62,384 bases of DNA, from IMG/VR virus record IMGVR_UViG_3300028194_000282, positions 1 to 62,384 of that record; one strand, 5' to 3'. The notes under the pieces are model-generated. The model searched no databases. It had not been told where the DNA came from and was given only the letters and a program-made list of their open reading frames with translations. Origin of the DNA: a virus. Lineage: Duplodnaviria > Caudoviricetes. A program made the translations under genes and the position numbers. Positions within the stretch are counted from its first letter, which is position 1, and each line of letters opens with the position of its first letter. This document shows, piece after piece, positions 47,650 to 56,900 of the stretch.

Positions 47650-50067
47650 ATGACACAATCATCATCACAACAAGTAACAATCTTCAAAAACATTAAATCG
47701 ACAGACACACCTTTTGTAAGACCAATCGAAGATATACTAGAAAGAATTCAAGATGGGTCTACTAAGAATTTAGTAAAGAGTATCAGACAAACAAAAGATA
47801 AGTCTGAAAGAAATGAATTAAAGAAAAGACTACCGGCTATTTGTTTCTCCGGTGTATTCAATAAACGAAACGATGCAGGACTAAAAGAACATTCAGGTTT
47901 AATCTGTTTGGACTTTGATGGATATCAAAAGAAAAAAACATTATTAGAACATAAAGAGAAGCTAACCAAAGACCAATATGTTTTTGCAGTTTTCATTTCA
48001 CCGTCAGGCAACGGACTAAAAGTTTTAATTCAAGTACCGGCATTACCCGATAACCATATAAATTATTTTAACTCACTAGAAAAATACTTTGACTCTCCAT
48101 ATTTTGATAAGATGTGTAAGAACGTAAGTCGTGTGTGCTATGAATCTTACGACCCTCTACTGCATTATAATAAGAATTCAATGGTATGGGATACAATTGC
48201 AGAGCCGGACTACGAGGAGAGAGATAAAGACAGAGACCCTCCAAGTATACCAATTAGTGATGAGAATAAAATTGTAGAGATACTTATCAAGTGGTGGACT
48301 AAGAATCATCCAATGGTTGAAGGACAAAGAAACCAAAGTGTATTTGTATTGGCAATGGCATTAAATGATTACGGAATCAATAAATCTTTAACGGGTTATG
48401 TTCTGAATCAATATGCAACTAAAGGCTTTTCCTTAGCAGAAATATCAAGAACCATAGACAGTGCATACAGTCATACGGCTAATTTTGGAACAAAGTATTA
48501 TGAAGATGAAGAAAAACTTCAAAGAATAAAAGATAAATTTCGTCAAGGTGTATCTAAAAAAGAGATACGCAGCCAACTCAGTGACTCCGGTGTAGACAAT
48601 GAATCAATAGACATCATTGTAAATAAAATAGAGAAGGAGCAATCTAAAAAAACATTTTGGGAGAAGAATGAAAAAGGTACAATAAAAATAGTTCATTATT
48701 CTTTTAAGAAATTTCTTGAGGACAATGGTTTCTATAAGTATTGTCCCGAAGGTAGTAAGAATTATGTTTTTGTAAAGGTTACCAATAACTTAATAGACCA
48801 CACTTCTGAGAAAGAAATAAAAGATTTTATATTAAACTATCTAATTGACTTAGATGATATTAGTGTATACAATTACTTCGCAGACCAAGTAAGATTTTTT
48901 AGAGAAGAATTCTTAACTCTATTATCTACCATAGACATCTATTTTATTGCTGACACTAAAGATAGTGCCTATTTATATTACCAAAATTGTGCCGTTAAAA
49001 TATCTAAAGGAAACATTGAGCCAATAGATTACCTAGATTTAGGAGGTTACGTTTGGAAAGACCACATCATACCACGAAAGTTTAAGATATGCGATATGCA
49101 TAAATGTGATTACTCAGTATTCATAGGAAACATTTGTGGCAACAATGCAGATAGAATTAAAACGATGCAAAGTACAATTGGTTTTATGATGCACGGATAC
49201 AAGAATCTAAGCTACTGCCCGGCAGTAATACTTAATGATGAGGTTATATCAGACAACCCTGAAGGAGGCACGGGTAAAGGACTATTTATGAATGCACTTA
49301 ATCAAATGAAAAAATTAGTCGTCATAGATGGTAAGGCATTCGCTTTTGAAAAATCATTTCCATATCAGTTAGTTTCAGCAGACACGCAAATACTTTGCTT
49401 TGATGATGTAAAAAAGCATTTTGATTTTGAAAGATTATTTAGTGTTGTAACAGAAGGTCTAACTTTAGAAAAGAAAAACAAGGATGCAATCAAGATACCA
49501 TTTAGTAAGTCTCCTAAAATTGCAATTACAACTAACTATGCTATAAAGGGAACGGGTAATTCTTTTGTTAGAAGGAAATGGGAGATTGAACTTCATCAAC
49601 ATTATAATAAAAACTTCACTCCATTAGATGAATTTGGGAAACACTTCTTTGCTGATTGGAATGAAGATGAATGGTGTTTGTTTGATAACTATATGACTTC
49701 CTGTCTACAGGACTTCCTGTCTACAGGATTAGTCAAAAGTAAATTTGTTAACTTACAGATTAGACAACTGTCTGCAGAAACTTCACACGATTTTATAGAA
49801 TGGTGTGGTTTAATAGCAGGACATCAGAAAAATGATAAGCTAGACTTTAATGCTAGAATAGTAATGCAGGACTTATACTTTGATTTCATTGGAGAGTACC
49901 CGGACTATGCACCAAAAGCAAAGATGACTATAAGCAGAACAAGGTTTTATAGATGGCTTATTGCATACGGAAACTTTGTAAGCAGCGATGTAGATGAAGG
50001 AAGAGATATGTTAGGTAGATGGTTTAGTATGTCAAAACCAAAGAACCAAACTGAGATAGATATATGA
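47650..50067 (+). CDS. Primase-helicase (BT4734/VirE-N-like primase domain, PriCT, P-loop helicase)
   Basis: KKRLPAICFSG, GLICLDFD, FISPSGNGLK, GQRN, GGTGKG Walker A, FDD. Confidence 0.85.
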   Translation: MTQSSSQQVTIFKNIKSTDTPFVRPIEDILERIQDGSTKNLVKSIRQTKDKSERNELKKRLPAICFSGVFNKRNDAGLKEHSGLICLDFDGYQKKKTLLEHKEKLTKDQYVFAVFISPSGNGLKVLIQVPALPDNHINYFNSLEKYFDSPYFDKMCKNVSRVCYESYDPLLHYNKNSMVWDTIAEPDYEERDKDRDPPSIPISDENKIVEILIKWWTKNHPMVEGQRNQSVFVLAMALNDYGINKSLTGYVLNQYATKGFSLAEISRTIDSAYSHTANFGTKYYEDEEKLQRIKDKFRQGVSKKEIRSQLSDSGVDNESIDIIVNKIEKEQSKKTFWEKNEKGTIKIVHYSFKKFLEDNGFYKYCPEGSKNYVFVKVTNNLIDHTSEKEIKDFILNYLIDLDDISVYNYFADQVRFFREEFLTLLSTIDIYFIADTKDSAYLYYQNCAVKISKGNIEPIDYLDLGGYVWKDHIIPRKFKICDMHKCDYSVFIGNICGNNADRIKTMQSTIGFMMHGYKNLSYCPAVILNDEVISDNPEGGTGKGLFMNALNQMKKLVVIDGKAFAFEKSFPYQLVSADTQILCFDDVKKHFDFERLFSVVTEGLTLEKKNKDAIKIPFSKSPKIAITTNYAIKGTGNSFVRRKWEIELHQHYNKNFTPLDEFGKHFFADWNEDEWCLFDNYMTSCLQDFLSTGLVKSKFVNLQIRQLSAETSHDFIEWCGLIAGHQKNDKLDFNARIVMQDLYFDFIGEYPDYAPKAKMTISRTRFYRWLIAYGNFVSSDVDEGRDMLGRWFSMSKPKNQTEIDI

Positions 50068-50303
50068 GAGAAGAAGAAAGGGTAGTAATGGCATTCGAGA
50101 ACTCATACCGAGTTATTATACTTAACTACGATTGGGAAGACATTATGTTAACTGACTATCCTTTCTTTGCTCATAATCCATCACGGAGATTACCAAAAAT
50201 AAAAGACATAAAAAACTTAATGAATTATTACTCAGACATCAGAGACTTCAAGAAATGCATAGCGATAAAGAAATACGTCAAGGAAAAACAGATTACGTTG
50301 TAG
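50064..50303 (+). CDS. Hypothetical protein
   Basis: 79-aa ORF with ATGA coupling. Confidence 0.6.
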   Translation: MREEERVVMAFENSYRVIILNYDWEDIMLTDYPFFAHNPSRRLPKIKDIKNLMNYYSDIRDFKKCIAIKKYVKEKQITL

Positions 50304-51748
50304 AAAGAAACCTAGGTTATTCCAACGAGATGATGTATAACCAATGCTTACTGTTTTATAATATAATATTTAAAACAAAAAAAGTAAAAGTAGGCAGAGG
50401 AAAAAACGCAAAATTTATAGAAGAAAGAGCGTACACTCCCGAAACAAGTGTAGACAGAAGAGCAACTGATAGTTTAAACTATTATAAAAATAAAATGAAA
50501 ACCAAAAGTAAAATTAAATACAGAGATTATCAAAACAAAATTATTATAAAAGGAGCCGAGATACTTTTAATCCATAACTTTCTTTACCTAACAATGGAGG
50601 TAAGGACAGGCAAGACATTGACAAGTATGGGCATAGCAAAGCTGATGAATAAGAAAAATGTTTTGTTTGTTACAAAGAAAAAAGCAATTAGCAGCATAGA
50701 AAATGATTACGAATCACTAGACCCTGACTATGACTTAACAACAATAAACTACGAATCATTACACAAATTACCCAAGCCGGGTAATTATGATTTAGTAATT
50801 TTAGATGAAGCACATTGTATGGGTGCATTTCCTAAGCCAAGCAAGAGAGCCAAACAAATATTCTCTTTGATTAAATCTAATGTGTGTAGCGTTATATTAT
50901 TATCAGGCACACCAACTCCCGAATCTTACAGTCAAATGTATCATCAAGTCTATGGCATAGGCAACAATCCATTTAATGAGCACGTTAATTTTTATAAGTT
51001 CTCTAAAAAATACGTCAATGTAAAGCAAAGAAAAATAAATGGTTTGTTTATTAATGATTACCACGATGGACTACAAACTATTATAGATGCAATGAAACCA
51101 TATACAATTGCTTATTCACAAAAAGAAGCAGGCTTTAAGGTTGATACGAAAGAACATACGCTATATGTAAAGATGAAACCAATCACATATCAGATTGCTA
51201 ATAAACTAAAGAAACAATTAGTAGTAGAAGGAAACGAAGAAACCATACTTGGTGATACACCGGTGAAGTTAATGATGAAGCTTCATCAAATATATTCAGG
51301 CACTGTTAAGTTTGAATCAGGCAAGTCAACTATATTAGATTTATCCAAAGCACAATTTATACACGACAATTTTGCAGACGTAAAAATTGGAATCTTCTAT
51401 AAGTTTAAAGAAGAACTTAACGCATTGATGCAGGTCTATGGAAAATCAAACCTTACTACAGAACTTAGTGTCTTTGAAGACACAGATAAATCAATAGCTT
51501 TGCAAATAGTTTCAGGTAGAGAAGGTATTAGTTTAAGGCAAGCAAAAGCTTTAGTCTATTACAACATAGACTTTAGTGCCACAAGTTATTGGCAATCAAG
51601 AGATAGGATGACAACTAAAGAAAGATTGAACTCAGACATCTATTGGTTGTTCTCCGAAGGAGGAATAGAAGACACAATTTATAAAGCAGTTAGCAAGAAG
51701 AAAGATTACACCGTAAATCATTTCAAAAAGGATTTGTTATCTTTGTGA
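50255..51748 (+). CDS. SF2 (SNF2-like) helicase
   Basis: RDYQ, EVRTGKT, ILDEAH, LSGTP, GREGISL, QSRDR; exact start uncertain. Confidence 0.85.
   Translation: MHSDKEIRQGKTDYVVERNLGYSNEMMYNQCLLFYNIIFKTKKVKVGRGKNAKFIEERAYTPETSVDRRATDSLNYYKNKMKTKSKIKYRDYQNKIIIKGAEILLIHNFLYLTMEVRTGKTLTSMGIAKLMNKKNVLFVTKKKAISSIENDYESLDPDYDLTTINYESLHKLPKPGNYDLVILDEAHCMGAFPKPSKRAKQIFSLIKSNVCSVILLSGTPTPESYSQMYHQVYGIGNNPFNEHVNFYKFSKKYVNVKQRKINGLFINDYHDGLQTIIDAMKPYTIAYSQKEAGFKVDTKEHTLYVKMKPITYQIANKLKKQLVVEGNEETILGDTPVKLMMKLHQIYSGTVKFESGKSTILDLSKAQFIHDNFADVKIGIFYKFKEELNALMQVYGKSNLTTELSVFEDTDKSIALQIVSGREGISLRQAKALVYYNIDFSATSYWQSRDRMTTKERLNSDIYWLFSEGGIEDTIYKAVSKKKDYTVNHFKKDLLSL
51468..51483. repeat. 16-bp motif copy 10 (inside helicase, encodes VFEDT)
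   Basis: Exact match. Confidence 0.95.
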
Positions 51749-51749
51749 T

Positions 51750-51941
51750 ATGAGGTTTCTAAAGTTTTTTTTGATTTGGGTGAGCCAAAATTTAGCTATA
51801 CCTTTTTGGGTTGTTGGTCATATTCATTTATCTATACACGACTTACACGACATAGTAGAAGTAGTATCATCCCTTAGTATGAATATTATTGTACTCATAG
51901 GATTTCTTTATGATTACGAACAACAAAAAATTGATGACTGA
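51750..51941 (+). CDS. Small membrane protein
   Basis: Two hydrophobic segments; TATCTTTG at 51738-51745. Confidence 0.55.
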   Translation: MRFLKFFLIWVSQNLAIPFWVVGHIHLSIHDLHDIVEVVSSLSMNIIVLIGFLYDYEQQKIDD

Positions 51942-52173
51942 ACAACAGATACAATCAAAAAGAATAAAACAATTAGAAGCAGAAGGTTACTATGTCTTGA
52001 AGTTAGTTAAAACAAATAAGAATGGAATCCCTGATGTGCTAGCTATACCACCTAACAGTGAGGTTATATTTAGCGAAATAAAAACTCCTAAAGGAAAGGT
52101 ATCTAAATTGCAAGAATATAGATTAAAAGAATTAAAAGAATATGGATTTAGAACTGAAGTATTTAGAGGATAA
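51934..52173 (+). CDS. VRR-NUC domain nuclease
   Basis: E..IQ, GIPD, FSEIK, GKVSKLQ. Confidence 0.85.
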   Translation: MTEQQIQSKRIKQLEAEGYYVLKLVKTNKNGIPDVLAIPPNSEVIFSEIKTPKGKVSKLQEYRLKELKEYGFRTEVFRG

Positions 52174-52564
52174 TACTCTATATGAAATAGATGATTGGTT
52201 TTTTTCTCAACTGCGTAACTTTAGTGTTAGTGAAGCAGAAGTAATAATAGGTCAGATACTTGCAGTGCTTAACAGATTACCTTGTAGAGACGGATGGTCT
52301 CAAACAGTTTACGGGGTTGTGTCCCAAAAGAATCCAACATTTTTTATGATTGAGTTTCTAAAACAAACAATGGATATTCCTATATTAGTAGACATAGAAG
52401 AAATAGATGTAGATGAATACTTAGATGCAATAAATCAAAATAAATCAATTAAATCTTACTTAAATGGACAAACGATTACAGAACTTATACTTGAAAGAGG
52501 AGGAATTTCTCCACCTAAGAGAGATAATAAAGAGTCAAACAGGGGTAGAAGTACGGAACAATAA
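52142..52564 (+). CDS. Hypothetical protein
   Basis: 140-aa ORF. Confidence 0.55.
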   Translation: MDLELKYLEDNTLYEIDDWFFSQLRNFSVSEAEVIIGQILAVLNRLPCRDGWSQTVYGVVSQKNPTFFMIEFLKQTMDIPILVDIEEIDVDEYLDAINQNKSIKSYLNGQTITELILERGGISPPKRDNKESNRGRSTEQ

Positions 52565-53015
52565 GAACAGAATGCAACAAGTTGTTGATTCTAAAATGAT
52601 ATTCGCAAATCTTTTACAACAAAAAGGATACGGCTGCAGTGTTATTGCTAAGTATATGGGAATGAACCACGCAAGTATATTACACTACTTTAAAAAGTTT
52701 CCTTGGTACTTAAAAACTGAAGCAGGATTAAGAAATAATTATGAAAGAATCAGGTCAGAATATTTTAGTGAATACGACCCTGTTTATTATTTGTCGGAAA
52801 ATGAACTAAAAAAAGAATTGTTTTCTTTGAGATTTGATAATAAAAAACTATCTTCACAACTGAGTAAAGTCGAAGACCAACTTGCCAATGTCACTAGAAG
52901 AGAGGATAGACTAGGGGAAATTTTCCAACTCATAACAGAAAGAACAAGACCAAATACAGAACCCAAAATACTCAGTAAGCTGAGAAGATTTTACAATGGT
53001 GTATACGATAACTGA
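52464..53015 (+). CDS. Second DnaA-domain-IV-like HTH protein with coiled coil
   Basis: R.QQVVDSKMIF...IAKYMGMNHASILHY. Confidence 0.6.
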   Translation: MDKRLQNLYLKEEEFLHLREIIKSQTGVEVRNNKNRMQQVVDSKMIFANLLQQKGYGCSVIAKYMGMNHASILHYFKKFPWYLKTEAGLRNNYERIRSEYFSEYDPVYYLSENELKKELFSLRFDNKKLSSQLSKVEDQLANVTRREDRLGEIFQLITERTRPNTEPKILSKLRRFYNGVYDN

Positions 53016-53250
53016 TATAGATAAAGTTTTAGGATATAAAACTTGGTCCAATAAAAAAAAGCAAGATGAACTGCTTCGTATGGATTGTAATATGTATTGT
53101 AATATTGGAATAGACAGTACTAAGGCAGAGAAATTAGAAGTAAGAAAAGTTTCACGAAGAATATACACTGCTATTAAAACTATAGATAAAAATATGGGGG
53201 TACTCTTTCTTCAAACAATGGACTTAGATAAACCAAAGGGACCACTATAA
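52996..53250 (+). CDS. Hypothetical protein
   Basis: 84-aa ORF. Confidence 0.65.
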   Translation: MVYTITDIDKVLGYKTWSNKKKQDELLRMDCNMYCNIGIDSTKAEKLEVRKVSRRIYTAIKTIDKNMGVLFLQTMDLDKPKGPL

Positions 53251-53254
53251 AAAA

Positions 53255-53446
53255 ATGGAAGACACATCAGCGTATGATAAAGAGCGAATAACTCACATCA
53301 ACTACCTGATGGATAGCATTCACGACTCCTCCGATATCATCTATGAATCACTTGTAGATAGAGATTTCCCAACACTTAAAACAGAAATTAATTCTCTTCA
53401 GTCAATTTTAAAAGAGATATCAAACTCCATAGAGGATGATATATGA
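53255..53446 (+). CDS. Hypothetical protein
   Basis: 63-aa ORF. Confidence 0.6.
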   Translation: MEDTSAYDKERITHINYLMDSIHDSSDIIYESLVDRDFPTLKTEINSLQSILKEISNSIEDDI

Positions 53447-53876
53447 GTATACTGAATTTCGCTCTGAGCAACAACTATTTGATTTTATTAAAAAGTTTTT
53501 TATAGAAGACCTAGAGTCATCCGAAAACCCTACGTCTAGGTATGATTGTTATTCACCTAAGTTTAAAAGTCATATAGAATTAAAGTGCAGACGTAAGCAT
53601 TACCAAAATCTTATTATTGAAAAAAGTAAGTACGATGCGATGATGAAGCGTTGTGAAAAAGATAACACAATACCAATATATATAAACTCTACACCTGAAG
53701 GAGTATGGGGGTTTTATTTAACAGGATTAAATCTTGAATGGGAAGAGCGTAGTTTGCCAAAGCAAACAGACTTTTCTAAAAAACATCACGTTAAGAAGAT
53801 AGTATCTTATCTTGATGTAGACAAAGGGAAAGATTTACTTTCTCTTCTTTCTCTTCTTCCTCCTACTCTTGGATAG
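53436..53876 (+). CDS. PD-(D/E)XK nuclease-like protein
   Basis: RYDC...IELKCR...LIIEKSKYD. Confidence 0.65.
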   Translation: MIYEYTEFRSEQQLFDFIKKFFIEDLESSENPTSRYDCYSPKFKSHIELKCRRKHYQNLIIEKSKYDAMMKRCEKDNTIPIYINSTPEGVWGFYLTGLNLEWEERSLPKQTDFSKKHHVKKIVSYLDVDKGKDLLSLLSLLPPTLG

Positions 53877-53987
53877 TTTAGATTTTTTAAATCCATCTGT
53901 TGCGTAGTAGAGTTTTACTTGTGCATCAGTAAACACTCTACCACTTGGACTCACGTTTTTATTTGGACCTACTTTATCGAATGGCAT
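53835..53987 (-). CDS. Small hypothetical protein (50 aa, MPFDKVGPNK...)
   Basis: Directly downstream of the giant gene; translated by eye. Confidence 0.5.
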   Translation of the reverse strand: MPFDKVGPNKNVSPSGRVFTDAQVKLYYATDGFKKSKLSKSRRKKRKKRK

Positions 53988-53998
53988 AATTTTAATTT

Positions 53999-56900
53999 TT
54001 AATAGTCACTCATTTCATCTTTTAATTCTTTTCTCAAGTCTTTCATTTCTTGTTTGATATCATAAATATCAGAACCTTTTCCGTATATATCTTCATACAA
54101 TTCAGGGTCGATTAGTTTCAAATCAGCCTTACTTGTTTTCTTTTTCTTAGTGGTTGTTTTCTTTTTCTTAGTACCATATCCCGGTCTGTAAGATGGTGTA
54201 ACACCCGTTGCATCATAAATGTTATCATCATCGAAATCACCTCCTAGAATCTTCGCTACACCTATTGGTGAATCTAACTGCATACCGGCAATGATTTCAA
54301 AAATTGGTTGCACAACTGCGAGTATTGAGCCATCTTCTTTCATTTCTTTATATGCCTTGTCTACTTTTCTTACTACAGATGTAAGTGGATTAACACCATC
54401 ACTAATAGGTTTTCTATCTCCGGATATTTTAGCCACTGCACTTTCTATACCTGCTCCTAAAATAGGAACTGAATAAAGAAGGTTCAATCCAAGTGCAGCA
54501 TCTCTTAACGCTCTTAACGCTCTGTCACGCTCATCTCCTTTACCCACAAGTAATGCAGGTGCATAAGACATAGCAGTAAACATTACGTTGGCTACGGCAT
54601 AATTAAGAACAAACTTTCTATAGTCTGATTTTCCTGCTTTACCACTTACTATTGCTGAACCTGCTTGACCTACGTTGTTCATCATAAGAAATAATGAACT
54701 ACCAAACATAGTAAAGAATCTATTAAACACATCTGTTGATTGCTGCATTGGGGATTTTTCAGTTGCTCTTCTAGTTTGTTGAGTTGAGTTAAACTCATTA
54801 AACAATCTTAAAGCTTCTGCTTTACCCATACCATTTGCTATCGCTCTGTTGTATACTGCTTTGTATCCAAGTACACCAAGTATATCTCCTGCTACTGTTG
54901 TAAAACCTTTAACTTTTTCAAAACCTCTAGATAATTTACCTTTTCGACCTTGGTCAGCTTTAAGACTCTTATAAGTTCTACTTCCTGATTCAAGACCAAA
55001 TATATCTCCTGCTAATCCTTTTTTCAAACGAGCATCAAAAGTTGCAGAAATATCTCTAGACTCTTTTATTTCACTAGGTAGTCTTGCTATAACTTTAAAG
55101 TAATCGTAAGCAAAGTTTATTAAATCATATCCCGGAATTTTATTAGGTTGAGGAGTAGCAGAATACTTTTCAAATGCTTGATAAAATGAAGATGCTTGCT
55201 TAACTATCTGCACAGGTTTAAGTGCTAAAGCAAACCCTGTAAACTTGTTTTGTATCCAAGATACAACATCTTGGTCAACACTTGGACCTGAGTCAGGATT
55301 GATTGCATAGTTTAAATTCGATAAGAACAATCCTTTTAAACCCGTTTGTTCTAAAAGTAAATTAATAGATGGGTCTTTTAATACTTGACTCATTTCTTTA
55401 ACACCAACGGCATAAGCTTTGTACTTTTCCATTTGATTAACGTGGTCTTCCATCACCTCGCTAAATGATTGTCCTATTTCTACATCATTTGTTTTATCAA
55501 ATCTTTCTTTAAAAGCAGGTGAGAACTCTGTATCAAAAATGTTTTGGAACTGACCTGCACCAATCATCTCAGCAGTTATCTGTTCTTTGATTGTTCTTGT
55601 TGGGAAATAGTTCTCTACAAACCCAAGACCTATATCATTTACTTGAATGTATACATCATTAGTTTCTTCAAAGTATGAGTTACTTAAAAAGTCTACTGCT
55701 TGGTCTACTAAAGCTACATTATCGGGACCTATAAATGTTTTGATACCTTCGATATCTAACTTCTGTCTTTCTAATTTTTTACCCTGTATTTTATTTTTAG
55801 ATAAAGCATAGAGCCTCATTGCTTGGTCTTTGTTTAATCTTTTGTTAGCAGGTTTCCCGGTCTTGCTATTTATCATAGTAAACTCTTGTGTCTCTGTTCC
55901 TAAAGAATACTTCCAATCAGTCCAATCTTTTTTGTTTGTAGATTGAGCCATTGAATTCATTTTAGATTCAGTCCTTCTAATTCCTTTTAGAGTATTCTCA
56001 TCAAAGTCATTTAGTCTGTCAAAAAATATTCTAGTAAACATACCTCTTGTGTTGCCATCTAGTTTTCTAGCTACAGTTCCAAGGTGTGCAATTTTGTTTT
56101 CCATAAACTTAACTACTCCATTTGATTTTAATTGTTCTCCATCATAGAATGTTTTAAAGAATGTTCTTAAACCACCAAACAAACCGTTCTTCTCAAACCC
56201 TTCTCTTATTTTTTCTTGTCTTGTTTTAACTTGGTTTTTGTTTAACGGATTACCGTCTTCGTCAAACAAGAATTCATAATTGCTTTCAATCTCAGCTTTA
56301 AATTCTTCTTTTATTTCATTAAGAGCCTCTCTTCTTGTGTTCCTACGGTTGTTTAAATTAGCTATAGACTCTGAACTTGTAGCCTTTACATCTACAAATA
56401 AATCTTCTACCTGTTGTAAATCCATATTCAACACATCACCAAAAGTGTCGATAGCTAATTGTCTGTCAAGTAATACTTGTTGTTTAGACGTTAACTTTTT
56501 ACCGGCTTCTTTATCAATTAAAGCTTGTTCGTAAGCTTCAGGGTTGATAGATTCTTGCAAATCAATAATGGCTTGTAAGTCACCTTTCTTAGCTGCATTC
56601 AAAACTTTCTCTACTTGCGTAAAGTAACTTTGTCCCGGTGCATCTAATCCTGCCGACCTTCTTTTACCACTCGCAGTTTTTCTTACTTTAACTTTACTCT
56701 TAACTAGTTTAGCTATTTTATCTATTAATATATTTCGTTGCACTAATCTTTGTGCTTCTACCTGTGTTAACACTTCACTCACTTTACCTACAAAGTTTTT
56801 TGGAGTAGTTGTGTTAATGGTTTTTAATAAACTATTAATAGCCTTGTTGCTATAATTTTTAGAATTAGGTAATAGCTTTCTTATAATTGTTCTCATTCTT

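Noticed and set aside
54225-54245. GDFDDD in the giant protein as a virion RNA polymerase DxDxD motif
   Set aside because: Lies near the extreme C-terminus with no recognisable polymerase context
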